Origin: Selaginella moellendorffii | Taxonomy: Eukaryota > Plantae > Lycopodiophyta | Length of the DNA stretch: 64,000 nt | Assembly (NCBI RefSeq): GCF_000143415.4 | Contig: NW_003314280.1 | Span: 744,001 to 808,000, forward strand | Direction of reading: 5' to 3' | Part shown: one piece after another, positions 47,580-60,208 of the stretch | Layout of the letters: every line of letters starts with the position of its first letter | Numbering within the stretch: the stretch's first letter is position 1 | The notes under the pieces: generated by a model | What the model saw: the letters and a program-made list of their open reading frames with translations, nothing else | Databases searched by the model: none | What the model was told of the DNA's origin: nothing | Position numbers and translations under genes: made by a program

Positions 47580-48882
47580 ATGGATTTGGAGGGCCGGGAA
47601 ATTCACGTCTTGGCTGTTGACGACAGCCATCTCGATCGCAAAGTCGTGGAGCGGCTACTCAAGAATTCGTCCTACAAAGGTTAGCCTCGTACTCTTTCTT
47701 CTCTTCGCTATACCCATACGCATTGGGACTTTTTTCTTTCCTCTTTCCAGTGACCACTGTTGATAGTGCTTTTCGAGCGCTGGAAGTTCTGGGCATTGTT
47801 GGAAGCGCTCCAGTTGTGATCAATGTAAGTAGCCATCTTCTCGTTCGTGCTCTTCTTCTTTCTTGTGCTGGATTGAAAACTCGTTAAATCGTTGTCGCTT
47901 GATCTGTATGGAATGAAAAAAAAGGTGATAGCTTTGTTGGAGTGGTTGTGGTGGTGTTGGTGGATGCTAGCTAAGCTAATCTTGGCTGATTTCCTCGAGA
48001 TTTTCTTTGCTTCCTCTGGCTTTTGCTTTTGTTGCAGGCCATTAAAATAAACTTGATCATCACGGACTATTGTATGCCGGAAATGACAGGCTATGATCTG
48101 CTCAAGAAGGTCAAGGTACACGCTTTAATAAATTGTTTGATGCCAGTTGATGCATGGACACAGTATCTATCTGCATCGCTGTCAACAGGAGAGCTCGGCT
48201 TTAAAGGAAATCCCCGTGGTGATTATGTCCTCTGAAAACGTTGCGGAGCGAATCACCATGTAAGTCGGGCTCTCTCTCGAAAGAAAGAACAAAAAGAAAC
48301 CAAAGAGTGGTAGAATATCATATTTTACTGCAAGTTGGTTTCTTCGGGAACTGGACTGATTGCTACTCTTCATCATGTGAAAGGTGCATGGCGGAGGGAG
48401 CCAAAGAGTTCATTCTCAAGCCTTTGCGAGTGGCCGACGTGAAGCGGTTGCGTAGCCACATCCAGCGCCATGACGACGACGACGACGACGACGATGACGA
48501 CGATTGCGTCGAGAGCTGCCGATTGCCGTGCTTGAAACGAAAGCCCACTCTCACGGACGCTTCCAGGCTCGAAGAGGCGTCTTCGCTCAAGCGTCCCAAG
48601 ACTGCTCCTGGTAACTTAACAACAGCGAGCATGGCGGACGCTCCCGAAAACACCAAGTGTCCTGCTACGAGTGACAAAGAAACGATCAGCGCAATTGTAG
48701 TGGATGGTGCTACCGCTACCAAATTGACAGAGAGCACGAAAGGAGAGCGGCTACTAAACCCGGTGGAGAGCATGACGTTGCGGAAGGTCGAAATCAATAA
48801 CACTGTCGTCTCGTCCTCGAGACAAGCTCCTGCCATTGCGGGAGGGCTAGAAACAACAGGTGAAATTTCACCAGTCTTGTAG
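47580..48882 (+). CDS. Type-A cytokinin response regulator
   Basis: [55 protein letters not shown] and [10 protein letters not shown]. Five exons; long tail with a (GAC)n poly-Asp run. Confidence 0.93.
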
Positions 48883-48996
48883 CTGTGCGTTTGTATTCTT
48901 TCCTGGATTCAAACACCGAAAAACTTTCACGCAAAGCTATACGTCACTGCGAACTAAACAACAGTGTGTTAGAGAGGAATAACTACTACGACTAGC

Positions 48997-50386
48997 TTAC
49001 CGCTGAGAGGATCCGACGCGTTCCGAGCTTGTGAAGAAGCTGATGTCGCTGCTGGAACTCACTGCCAAGGTATCCTTTCGTATCAGTGTGAGTTGCTGGC
49101 TTACTTCTTGCATGGATGGTCGCTCTTTCCTTGATGGCGCTGCACACCGAAACGCCAACTCTGCAAGCTTTTCCATCGTGGGTGCAATCTCCGGATGCTT
49201 CTCCAGGTTTGGATCCAGTATCTGTAAGATGTTTCCCTCCTCGAACTTCTTCCACGCCTGCAAATCCCAAAAGTGAGCTGCTCGTTTCTCGAAATACAAG
49301 TTCTTACCCATCTTATAGTTACTCTCTCCTCGCCAGATCGCTTGAGCTCTATCGGACGCCTCGCCGTCATGGTTTCCACCATGACAATGCCAAAAGAGTA
49401 GACGTCGCTCTTTGGTGTCAGCTTCTTCGTGTAAAGATACTCTGTATCAAGATATCCAGCAGTTCCCTTCACTTCTGTCGAGACGTGAGTCGCGTCCACG
49501 TCCATTGGCCCCGCTCTAGAAAACCCGAAATCAGCTACTTTGGCACGAAACGAGTGTGTTAAAAGAATGTTTGACGATTTTACATCGCGGTGGATGATGG
49601 GCTCGTCTGGTCAAGAATCACGATGGAAACAAAAAAAAAAGAAAAGCGATTGTTGCTACGTTTTCAAGTTTGAAAGTGACTGGTTTGCTGTACCTGCATA
49701 GTAATGGAGATATGTCAAGGCGTGAGCAACGTCGACTAAAATATCAATCCGGGTTGCGAAAGGTAGCACTGTTCCTCGCAAAACTGCGGGAAAAAATCAT
49801 AGGTTCTGAGTTCTTCTGAAGACGGCACGCACTTACCATCGAGGTGCTCACGAAGATTTCCATTGGGAACATACTCCACAACAAGGGCCCGTTCATCCTT
49901 GCCATCACAATAGCCGAACAGCCTCACGAGATTCATATGCTCCACCCTTGAGAGCATGCTCAATTCACTTTTGAATTCCGTCGAAAGCCGTGCCTCGAAA
50001 GCATTCTGCATCATAATATGGCACTTGTAGCAAAAACAGGAAGAATAAAAGGAAAACCGCACCTTCTTTGCTCTTTTGACAGCAACTGGAGTACCGTCAC
50101 GAAGCTTTCCATAGTAGACAGTTCCAAATCCCCCTTGCCCGATCTTCCGAGACGGAGAGTAGTTCCCGGTCGCTTGGTTTATGTCACGAGCACTGAATGA
50201 CACTGCCTCGTTGCTTCCAAGATGACTAGCCTCCTCCACGTTCACTGTGGAAGAACAGATTGAAAAATAGGCACAAAAGCACAATTCCCCCTTCAAAATA
50301 AGAGTTTCTCAGCACTTACAAGTGATGATCTTGAATGACGCCGCCTTCTGTTGTCTCTTATACTTTGGGTTGAAGCAGGAGAACAT
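48997..50386 (-). CDS. Receptor-like cytoplasmic kinase, CRCK/RLCK-IV-like
   Basis: MFSCFNPK start, [56 protein letters not shown] and ERVTIRW. Confidence 0.9.
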
Positions 50387-50615
50387 CCTCGATGCGTAGC
50401 GTCAGCGTCGAATCCTACATAATCTCTTGCCTCCTATTCCCAGCCCAGATCAGATCACTATCCCTGGAGCAAAGCTGTTAAGTCGCCGCCATAGCTCGTG
50501 CCTTCCTCTCGGAATTGTGCCCAAGCGATTGGCCAGAATATGCCCGCCGCCCTCTCCTCAAGCTGGACTGGAAGTGTTGTTATTTAGCACCAGCACGGTT
50601 TTTCTCCATCCCTGT

Positions 50616-52442
50616 TTACGCTGCTAATGTGCCAGTAACAATTTTCTTCCCAGGACCACCGTTGATAGCTGCCATCTCCTGGACGACAGCCTCCGCTGCT
50701 CCAAATCTCCCGGCCTTGAGCAGAGAGTTCACGAGAACTTCCAAGGCGCTTGGAGTCGGAGAGAAGCCAGAGCTCTTCATCTCTTCCAGGTATGCGAGCG
50801 CAACGTCCAGATTGCCCGCTCTCGCATATCCTTCCACCAGAATGGCATACGTGATGCGGTCCTGCTGAACGCCGTCTCTGCTCATGTCGTCCAGGACGCT
50901 TGCAAAGAGATCAACTCTCCCGGCCCTCCCCAGCCTTCCCAGCAAGGTGTTGTAGGAGAATATATCCGGCTGGAAGTGAAGCCTCATCTTCTGGTAGCAG
51001 CTCCAGCACTCGTCGATCTTCCCAACTTTTCCCAGCAAGTCGATCAAAACGTTGTACGTGACCAGGTCCGGCTTGTAGTTCGGCCTGTCCTTGATCTTGT
51101 AGAAAATCTCGAGAGCGGCATGGGCCTTGTTCGCCTTGCCAAGCCTGTTCATGAGCGTGTTGTAAGCGCCCAGGTGCGGAGCGTTCTCGCTGTCGGCATA
51201 TCTCTGTACAAAACCGAAAGCCTCGTCGATCCTCCCAGACACCGCAAACGCCTCCACCAAAACTCTGTACGACTTTGGATCCGGCCGGCACTCGTGCTCC
51301 ACCATTCTCTCGAACAGAGCGATCACCTGTTCGTGCTTGCCACTCCTCGAGTGCGCGTCCATCATCATGTTGAAGAGCGCCAAGTTTGGCCGCAAGCCCC
51401 TGGCCAGCATTTCTTCCAGCAGCTCGAGCGTCACCTCCGTGTCCATGCACTTGCAAAACCCGTTGATGAGCGCCGCGTACGTGAACTCGTCCGGGTCGCA
51501 GTACTTCTTCATGTAGCTAAACCGCCAGCGCGCTTCCGCCATCTTTCCCAGCGAGCAAAGGCTGCTGATGAGGAAGTTATACGTCTGCGTGTTGGGCCGG
51601 ACGAGGTTCTTCCTCATGCTCTCGAAGATCATGGGCACCACCCGCGGGCACTTGAGCCGGATGAGCTTAAACATTATATAGTGGTAGTCGTCCAGCGTCG
51701 GCTTGATCTCCGAAAACTCCATCTTGTGGAACGTTTCCAGGGCGTCCTCCACCATGGACGCGTCGACGTAGATCCGGAGGAGGATCCTATATGTGACGTA
51801 CGTCATGGGGATCATCTGTTCTTCCATCCCCAGCATCACCCTCTTGATCTCGTCGTAGCGCCTGTGCAAGCCCAGGATCTTGAGGATGGCGTTGCAAGAG
51901 AAGTTGTCGTGCTGGAAGCCCGAGTGGAGGTCGGCCCACTTGAAGAAGGCGTAGGCGAGCTCCACGTCCCGGGTGTAGTGCTTGAGAACCTCGCAGACGT
52001 GGTAAGGCATGAGAACCCCGCCATTGCTCCGGACAACGTCCTCGAGCTCCCAGGGAGAGACGCTGCCTTGCTCCAGGAGATGGCACAGATCGTTGACGAG
52101 CTCGTTGTCCCGGCGCGTGGGGCGATAGGTTTTGGATCCCAGGAGCTCGGGCAGCGCCATCCCGGCCAGGGCGGGGACTTTTGGGAGGGAGAAGCCGGCG
52201 ATTTCGTCCGGCTCCGACCTCCGGACGATGAGATTGTGCTTCTTCGCATAGGCAGTGGTGTCGGGCAGCGCCAGCGCGTGAGTGCCGCCGCTGCTGCCAT
52301 CGCCGTCATCGTCCTCGTCCCTGTAGCTGTCGATCACGCGGCTGTCGATGATGAGGCAAATGCGGCGAGAGCGAACCTGGATTGGGGGCGAGCGGCAGCG
52401 GCGCCGCGGGAATGCGGCCACAAACCACCTCCGCAGCGCCAT
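50616..52442 (-). CDS. P-class PPR protein
   Basis: FFKWAD..GFQHD followed by ~11 35-aa motifs (PN..TYN.LI, PD..TY.ALINGFCK). Arg-rich N-terminus. Telo-box AAACCCTAA at the start region. Confidence 0.92.
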   Translation of the reverse strand: MALRRWFVAAFPRRRCRSPPIQVRSRRICLIIDSRVIDSYRDEDDDGDGSSGGTHALALPDTTAYAKKHNLIVRRSEPDEIAGFSLPKVPALAGMALPELLGSKTYRPTRRDNELVNDLCHLLEQGSVSPWELEDVVRSNGGVLMPYHVCEVLKHYTRDVELAYAFFKWADLHSGFQHDNFSCNAILKILGLHRRYDEIKRVMLGMEEQMIPMTYVTYRILLRIYVDASMVEDALETFHKMEFSEIKPTLDDYHYIMFKLIRLKCPRVVPMIFESMRKNLVRPNTQTYNFLISSLCSLGKMAEARWRFSYMKKYCDPDEFTYAALINGFCKCMDTEVTLELLEEMLARGLRPNLALFNMMMDAHSRSGKHEQVIALFERMVEHECRPDPKSYRVLVEAFAVSGRIDEAFGFVQRYADSENAPHLGAYNTLMNRLGKANKAHAALEIFYKIKDRPNYKPDLVTYNVLIDLLGKVGKIDECWSCYQKMRLHFQPDIFSYNTLLGRLGRAGRVDLFASVLDDMSRDGVQQDRITYAILVEGYARAGNLDVALAYLEEMKSSGFSPTPSALEVLVNSLLKAGRFGAAEAVVQEMAAINGGPGKKIVTGTLAA

Positions 52443-52519
52443 GGCGGACCCTAAAACCCTAAACAATGAGCTTAGTTAATTAAACAATCATAGAGTTTTA
52501 TTCTAAATGAATTTAAAAC

Positions 52520-53407
52520 TTAATAGACATCTTGACGTTTGGGAGCTCTCCAGATACAGCTCTGTTCGACAGTGTTACAAACAATTATAAATCCTTTGTT
52601 ATCTACACATAGAGACATTGGCTTCCATGAGTTTTTCCAGTAAATGTTATTTGCCCAAATCACATTAAGACTAATGTCATATATTACGAGATTACCATCC
52701 ATTTGAATTGTTAAAAAGCATTGAGATCCCTTATTTTCAGTGTTAGTTTTCCATACCGTAATTTTACCATTATAAAGTGCCAAAACACAGTTTGAATGCA
52801 TATATAAAACATATCGTTTGTTAGTTGATTGCAAAAACTGGTTAGTTCCTAAACTAGAGAAAAATGAATAATCCTCTACAGTCCTGATACAGGAAACTCT
52901 CCATGTACAATCTTCTAAATTTGTTAAACTATTTGATATATATGATTCATTATACATTCTTCTAGAATTATATTTACCTTTTTCTACATTTGCAGTATAT
53001 AAAATGCTATACTTTTTGTTAATATATTCAGTAATCCCATAATTTGAAATCTCACTATCCTTCTCTATGTAATCTTTATATATACCTCTTAATACGGGTT
53101 TTAAGGATGACCCACTATAAAGCGATGTATATTCCGGAAATAAACTGCAAACTGGCGGAAATGGTTGTGGATTAAAAAGTGTTAATAGAATTGTAAGTTC
53201 TGTATATCTGTATAATAATGAAGTCCCTGCATAATAGGGCTCACCGTTGTTAATCTGATTTATAGCATTGTCAATTGCTTTTAAAACTAAATTTTTGAAC
53301 TCTAAAGAGCCTTTATGTGGATTACTTCTTGAAACTACAATTGCCAATTTGTTAGGAATGAAAATAATAAATACTAAAACGAGAAAAGGAGCTAAATAAA
53401 CCTTCAT
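52520..53407 (-). CDS. Secreted protein: unknown N-terminal domain + C-terminal bulb-type (GNA/B-type) mannose-binding lectin domain
   Basis: Intronless 295 aa in AT-rich DNA. Signal peptide MKVYLAPFLVLVFIIFIP. Lectin domain LGTNQFLQSTNKRYVLYMHSNCVLALY..VWKTNT..CFLTIQMDGNLVIY, with one QxDxNxVxY site. Confidence 0.85.
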   Translation of the reverse strand: MKVYLAPFLVLVFIIFIPNKLAIVVSRSNPHKGSLEFKNLVLKAIDNAINQINNGEPYYAGTSLLYRYTELTILLTLFNPQPFPPVCSLFPEYTSLYSGSSLKPVLRGIYKDYIEKDSEISNYGITEYINKKYSILYTANVEKGKYNSRRMYNESYISNSLTNLEDCTWRVSCIRTVEDYSFFSSLGTNQFLQSTNKRYVLYMHSNCVLALYNGKITVWKTNTENKGSQCFLTIQMDGNLVIYDISLNVIWANNIYWKNSWKPMSLCVDNKGFIIVCNTVEQSCIWRAPKRQDVY

Positions 53408-54199
53408 TAAAGAAGGCCTTATTCAAAACTATCTTTAACTAACTTATAAATAGATTATAAGAAATGGGTGGATATCACAAGACATCATAGCATTCGTAAC
53501 TCCGTCAATAAATATTGGGATTTTCAAATTAAGACTATCTATTAATATATTGTGTCTACTGAACAATAAATACATAATATTGTATTGATAAGAAAATTCA
53601 AATCATCAATCACAATAAATAGATAAAATAACTTTAATATGTTTTATAGTTTCATTTCATATTAATGTGCTTATAGAAAAGAAAAGTGTTGATAATGCAA
53701 GTAAATTTTGAGATGAAAATAATCGAGAGAATTGTAAGGGTGTCAATTTTAAATTACAGCTGTCTGACACAAAATTAGTATCACAAATATGACTAGTATC
53801 GCTTATGACAAAAGTGGATTCATGATAATAGTTAAGAAAAAAAAGCATTAAATTCTCTATTATAATTTATAATTTTTAAATATAATTTAAATTATATATG
53901 GATATAAATTAATGCATGATGAATTAAATATTAAGGATCTCTAAAGACTGTATTAAATAAATTGTTATGTGTTGCATGTAGCAATGCTTAGTTTACTTAA
54001 TAGTAGTGTTATTCTTACTTATTAATCTAATTAATCAAATTCCTCTTCTTTAGAAGGTTCAAAGTTGGTCCATGGCTTCAAATAAAGTTTATAATTATAA
54101 GCATGTTTGTAATTTCTAAATAAAATATTAATCTTATTGCATATCAATCATTATATGATAAAATAAAAAAGAATATACTAGAAAGGTTTTAAGAAAGCT

Positions 54200-57100
54200 T
54201 ATAAATTATAAACATATTTATAAATTATAAATAAAATATTAATCTAAATGAATAACATTTGTTATATGGTAGAATATTTTAGAATACTAAGAATATTTTA
54301 GGTATATCCATTACCATCCTAGTCCCCCTGGAGATTTGCTTAAGTAAACCAAAAAGAAAATTATACTTAAAACAAAACTATTATTTTCTAATAAATTTTC
54401 CAAAGATATTATAAACAGTAGTAACTCATAAGAAATAATAAATTTTAAACTATCAAAAAACATTTCTTCTTATATAGTATGAGAATAAAGTAATATCAAG
54501 ATTGATTAGAAATGTTATTTACTCTATAACAACTTCTTTATATTATAAACACTATAATTCAATATAATAACAAGATAATCAACAATTGTACAAACTATTT
54601 ATATGGGGTTCCAAATGTATAATAGAGATAGTAAGTAAGTTGGAAGCATGGCCAACTAATTGAGATATTATTTAGCTCCCCATTAGGTATATTTATTTTT
54701 ATTTTGCATCTACCTTGGATTTAATCCTGTGGAGTATTATTATATTATTATTGCAAATGTGACTTGGAGTATCAAAAGATACTTAGCAGCCAGTGTTTAC
54801 AAATAATTCTTTCCTTATTGCCATAATAGTAAAAGGTCAATATAGTTGGTTCCCTTTATAATTCCCATTTAAACTAATTGAGAAACTAGTTATAATATAT
54901 GTACTTAAATTGGATAAACATAAAGTAAAAACTCATATATGTTTCTCATCAAACATACTCAATTTAGTTTGAGAAACTTGTGCCACTTGCTAGTATCAAA
55001 AACTTCAATGATATTAAGTTTAATCCCTCAATATTGCTACGTGATAGTTTACTGTATCCATTAAACACCCTCATTACTACACCCCAAGTGTTGTTCATAT
55101 TTTAGTTCTATATATTATTTATGATAAGTGTTTAGATCTACTTGAAAGGCAGATTTATGAATGTAGAGAATGTCTTAAACACCATAGTGTTATTCTCATG
55201 GCCTAATTCATGATCAAGTGTTATTCCATATTTAATAAATTGTCAAACTTATCCTAAAAGCTAAAGAGGGGGAATGGAAATTCAAATGTGTAATAGAGAT
55301 TGTGGTTGGAAACATAGTTGACCACCTAACCACATTAATTTGGCTCCCACTAGGTTGTCTCACTCTTTGTTTTGTGTCCAGTTTTAGCTTAAGTGCAAAT
55401 TCTATATTGCTTTAGTTGGTAATCTACCTACCTTCTTGCATTTGAGGAGCTCATTGGTTCTTTCTTCCACAAGAATGGAGATGATCAAAGTCCTACAGGT
55501 TTGCTAGGGTACCTATGAATGAGGCCAATAGTAAGTTAAAATTGTGTTAAACACCATTTAACACCATTTTATTAACAAGAGTTGGAAAGGAGGAGCTGAT
55601 GCTTATAAAGGATTTTAAGTGTATCAAACCCTTGTTTCATATTGTAATAAGCTTAGAGTTCTACTCCAAATTCAAATGTACTATAGTGGTAATTAGACTC
55701 TATTTAGCTTTGCTTTGTGTGTTAGTTTTAATATTAAAATTTTAAATGCTCTAAAATTGTTTTAGTATGCTTTTTTTCCTTCATTCTTTGATTATAGAGT
55801 TTGGCTCCTTCCTTTCATGCAGCCTTAATATTGAAAGTGTTCTTGTCAAACCAAGGTAAAATAGAGAAAAAAAGAATTAATAAATTAAATGAAAGTTTTT
55901 TTGGCTAAATAGACATTTAGGAACCATTTTTATGCTCATCCAACTAATTGCAAATGTTAAATTTAGTTTATTAATACTTAAACAAAAGGGATTACCAAAT
56001 GGAACCAACAGTATAGACCTTATGTCAATATAGTATTCCAAAAGGACTCTTCAACAAATAATGTTTAGTACCTTTAGCAATAATACATAAAAGGGAAAGG
56101 TGTCAATAATGCTTTTGAATATACGATTAAACTATTTAACAAAGGCATCTTTTTTCAGAATGATTGCTTAATATTGAGTTACACTTTAATAAGCTTAAGA
56201 AAACTATGATACAAAACCACTATTTATAAAAGAAATTGCATAATGGAATATTTAGAAAGGCACACATTTCAATCCATTGAATTAAGTAATAAGATGCAAT
56301 AATGCTGTAATGATACTCTAGAGTACATTTTGGTAAGGACCTCATCAAATTGTACATAACCAATTTAAATAGATAAAAAACTTTTAATAACCCAACAAGT
56401 AGTACTATGGAGATGAATGTTGACACTCTTCACAAATTTTGATTTGGTTAGAGATATTCTAACACATATGAGGCTAATATAGTCACTTTCTCATTTTGAA
56501 AATTTTAAAATGCTATACTTTCCACACTTTTTGATGTAGTTAAAGATATCTTGATGCATCCAAAGCCAATACAACTAATGTCTTGATGCATCTAAGGCCA
56601 ATATAATTAATTTTACACCTTTTCCAAAAACTTATGATATCTTTATAAATTAAGTATATGGGGTTATTATGGAAGAAGTGTAGCCATGAGTTGAAATAAC
56701 ACATTGATGCTACTAAATGATACTTAAAATTGTTATTAAAGATAACTTTTAAACATTCATATAAGCTCCTTAGTTTAGATTTTTCAAAAAGCCAGAGATC
56801 TAAGTATTATGTGAACTCAAGAACATTTAACTTTCAGTATCTCAAACCATTTAAAAGGGGGTGTATTTTTTTCTTATAAGCCTTTTCTTTCTCCATAAAT
56901 CTCTTTTAAAGTATTCCCTTTTTTGTTGTTTATAATACACCATAAAGTTATAGTCATCACAAAGTTCATTATCCAAGTAACTACTAACAACATTGAGATA
57001 AAACATTCACAAAACTTATATTATATTCTAGTACATGCAACCTTAAAGATTCTTAAGCATAACAAATATGCTTAAGAACCAATATCAAAGTTATATAATC

Positions 57101-58900
57101 CATCTTAAGTAATAAAGGTATATATATGGAATTTTAAAAATTCAAGCATAACAACTAAATACTTCTTATTTGTAGCTAAATAACTCTTCTTTGCATCATT
57201 AAGAGAATGACTAGCATAAATAAAAAGATACCCATCACACAAAAAGTGATCACCTTACAAAATGCACAACTAACAACCTCCAAAAAGAAGTTCTGTAGAG
57301 AATGAGGGAGTTGATGGCCCGGGCTCAGCACACCTACAAACTTCTCACAGACACAGGCTTTGGCCCAGCCAGCTCCCCAGTGGAAAATCTTGAAGCGGTC
57401 ATCCCACTAGTATAAGATGGCAATAGACACAAAGGCACCAAGGAGGGGATACTAGAGCTGAACAAGATCCTTGAGAGTGATTCAAGGCTACATGGGAATC
57501 AATAGGAAGTAGATGAAGCATTGAAGGCAATGAGCCATAGCACCCAAGCTCAGTAGTTTTGACCCAAATCCTGAATTGGGAGTTGCTTTGGAAGCTATAG
57601 TGATGTGAGCAACTTCTTGTATTAATAGTTAGCATTAATTGAAATCCATATTAGAAGCATCCATGAAGCCACTAAAGAACTTATGATAGTGCTGAATTAA
57701 TGTAAAAGTCAAGAGCTTTTTCATTTCCTCAAAAGCTCTTTGGTATTTCTAAAACCAAAAAATATATATATTTTGTCAAAGAAAATTGTATAAGAGAGAA
57801 ACCATCTAAGAAAATTATGATAAAAAATACATTATAATTGATATAGCTTTATAACATTTTGATGAGTTGGAAATAATTTATATCTTTTGAAGATCTAAAT
57901 ACACACTATTTCTATAAAGCATAAAACCCAAGTACTTTAAAGAGTCCTTCCTAAAATTGTAATTAGGACATTTAAGATGTTTCTAAAGCCACTCAAACAC
58001 TTGCTTAACCTGATCTATGCCATCATTCACATGGCAATTAATCTAAACAACACACATCTAAACTCTCTACAAACCATAAGACATATGATTTACCCAAATT
58101 AAACATTTTTTTTATACATTTTGTCATTTGTTCCTTTTCCTAATGAGATTGCTAGTGAAGGCCTATTTTGATAAAATGTTCATAATCTACACACATATAG
58201 TAATTTAATAGGACAAAATAACTTCAGAAACTAAGCTCAGACCTTCTTAACATTGCTCTCCTATTTCACTTGCATATTATTGTTGTTGACCAATCATGGA
58301 AAAACTATTATAAATCTAAAACTCTATGAGATTGTAACACACTTTATTTTGCACCTTTTAATCCAACTTAAAAAGGGGTTTTGTTTTTCACATTTTAATC
58401 TAACTTGAAAAGGGACGATTGCTTGCTAAAAGAGCCTTTAATGGTTATTTTATCCCTATTTATCCCCCAAAATTCAAGGATTTGCGATTATAATTTTCAT
58501 AGCATCTTAATAATGGTTTGCATAATTTACACTATGCACTCTACTTTGATATTTGACATAATATATTGCAATATGGCTTAACCTTAACATGCAAAACCAT
58601 AACCATACATATGCCACCACATGTGTTTGTGCACGGAGGCATAATAATAACTATGATGGTTGTGATTGTGAATGGAGGCACAATAAATTCCAATAGTTAG
58701 TTTTCTAACTGTGGAGGAAGACCATCTTCACCATATAGCATCACACTTACAAGAGAATCAAAGGATTTGAGGAAGAGACAAAAAGCTAAAGTAATTTAGG
58801 ATTATTAAAGATCTATACTTATACAACTAATGTCTAGATTGTGTTGACTTAGTTAATTTGGTTAATAAATCACCTAAATCAAATTAATAATTTTAATTAT
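54200..58900 (-). mobile_element. Highly decayed, CpG-depleted TE sequence, probably Ty3/gypsy with nested fragments
   Basis: Almost no CpG and no long ORFs. Stop-riddled RT-like (LKYLGF) traces near 57700-58100 and integrase/RNaseH-like traces near 55100-55500. GAATATT arrays near 54270 resemble the LTR at 7700. Boundaries approximate. Confidence 0.5.
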
Positions 58901-60208
58901 TAGCTAATTCAAATACTAGATCTAGAGGGGCATCAAACAAGTCATATTAAGTACTCTCCTTTTTTAGCATCCCTTTGACTCTGACATGTAGTAAAAGGTA
59001 TCCTCTACATTGAACAAAGGTACAACTTATGTAAGAGCATATTTGCAGTAACCTCTTTCAACATTTTAAATTGCAAGACAGGTTGTATTTTCCCTATTTA
59101 AAAGAATGGTTTATACTAATCCAAAGTTACTGTTACAAATTGTATATAGATATAAAAATGAAATTTGTTTTTTATTTGAAAATGAGCATTGAAAGATTTA
59201 GAGTTAATTAGATCCTTTTAAAAATCAAAAGACACCAGGTTAGATGATCGCAAACCACAGCTGCAAAAGCAGCAATCTCTACCCTCCCTTTGCCAAACTT
59301 CATTACCTACTGGCAAAGAAGAAAATGACCACATGCTGATGAGGCTGAGTGGAACTTTGCATAGATTTATAGATAACACGAGCTGACGGGAGTGGAGGAA
59401 TTCTGCAGGAAATTTACAATAGCAAGATCTCCACCACACCATGGCCTGTGATTTCAGACTGCCACGGGATGGAGAAGCCAAGTAAGAAAGTCCCTGCATT
59501 TAAGTGTAAAACACAAAAATGATAAACGCTCCATCAGGAGTCCTGGTTGGACAAAATGAATGTATACTCTCTCATCGGATGTCCCAAGTGGAATTTTGGC
59601 ACAAGACCGGGGGATCAGCAAAAGTTAAACAATGATATAACCATAAAGTAAAACTATTATAGCATATCACACAAATACAAAATGCAATAAACTACTAGTT
59701 GGAATATTGTGTGTATCCAGAAAAACACACAAATCTCATTTTTATCATTTATCATTTATCTAAATGAAGCCTCATATAATATGGGCACAAGGAATCCACT
59801 TTATGATGAATCAACTTTCCAGTTCCAAGCAACGAATCAATTTAATTTTGTTTACAGTCCACTTGTACCCGCTTAGGAAGCACGGACATTCCAAGCACCA
59901 ACCCAGCTTTGCTCTAGAATGCATTATTGCCAAGTTCGCTTTCTTGTCACGAGGCTTAAAAGTACAAATAATTGGAGTGATAACTAGGTTCAAATCCTAT
60001 ACGTGATTCGGCTGGCCAAGGATATCCGAGGAGACTTAATCGAGATTACATTAGATCGAATCAAATATTCAAGATATACTTGTCTCAAAAGTCTTGCTTT
60101 GCTTTAGAGGTGGCCTAAAGTTTGGTGTGATTTTGTCGAGTATTTAAAGGCATAGATGTCCCTCAGATTAATAACTCACACTATCCAAGCAATATTAGAT
60201 CGAAGAAA

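Noticed and set aside
50976-52454. Long antisense/alternative-frame ORFs over PPR, UGT and PhoD genes (also 35081-36364, 27971-29032, 15474-16415)
   Set aside because: These are expected shadows of high-GC3 coding sequence and carry no recognisable motifs.
57300-59620. GC-richer patches (57300-57620, 59230-59620) inside the AT island
   Set aside because: They may be captured gene fragments, but all frames examined are stop-interrupted and unrecognisable.
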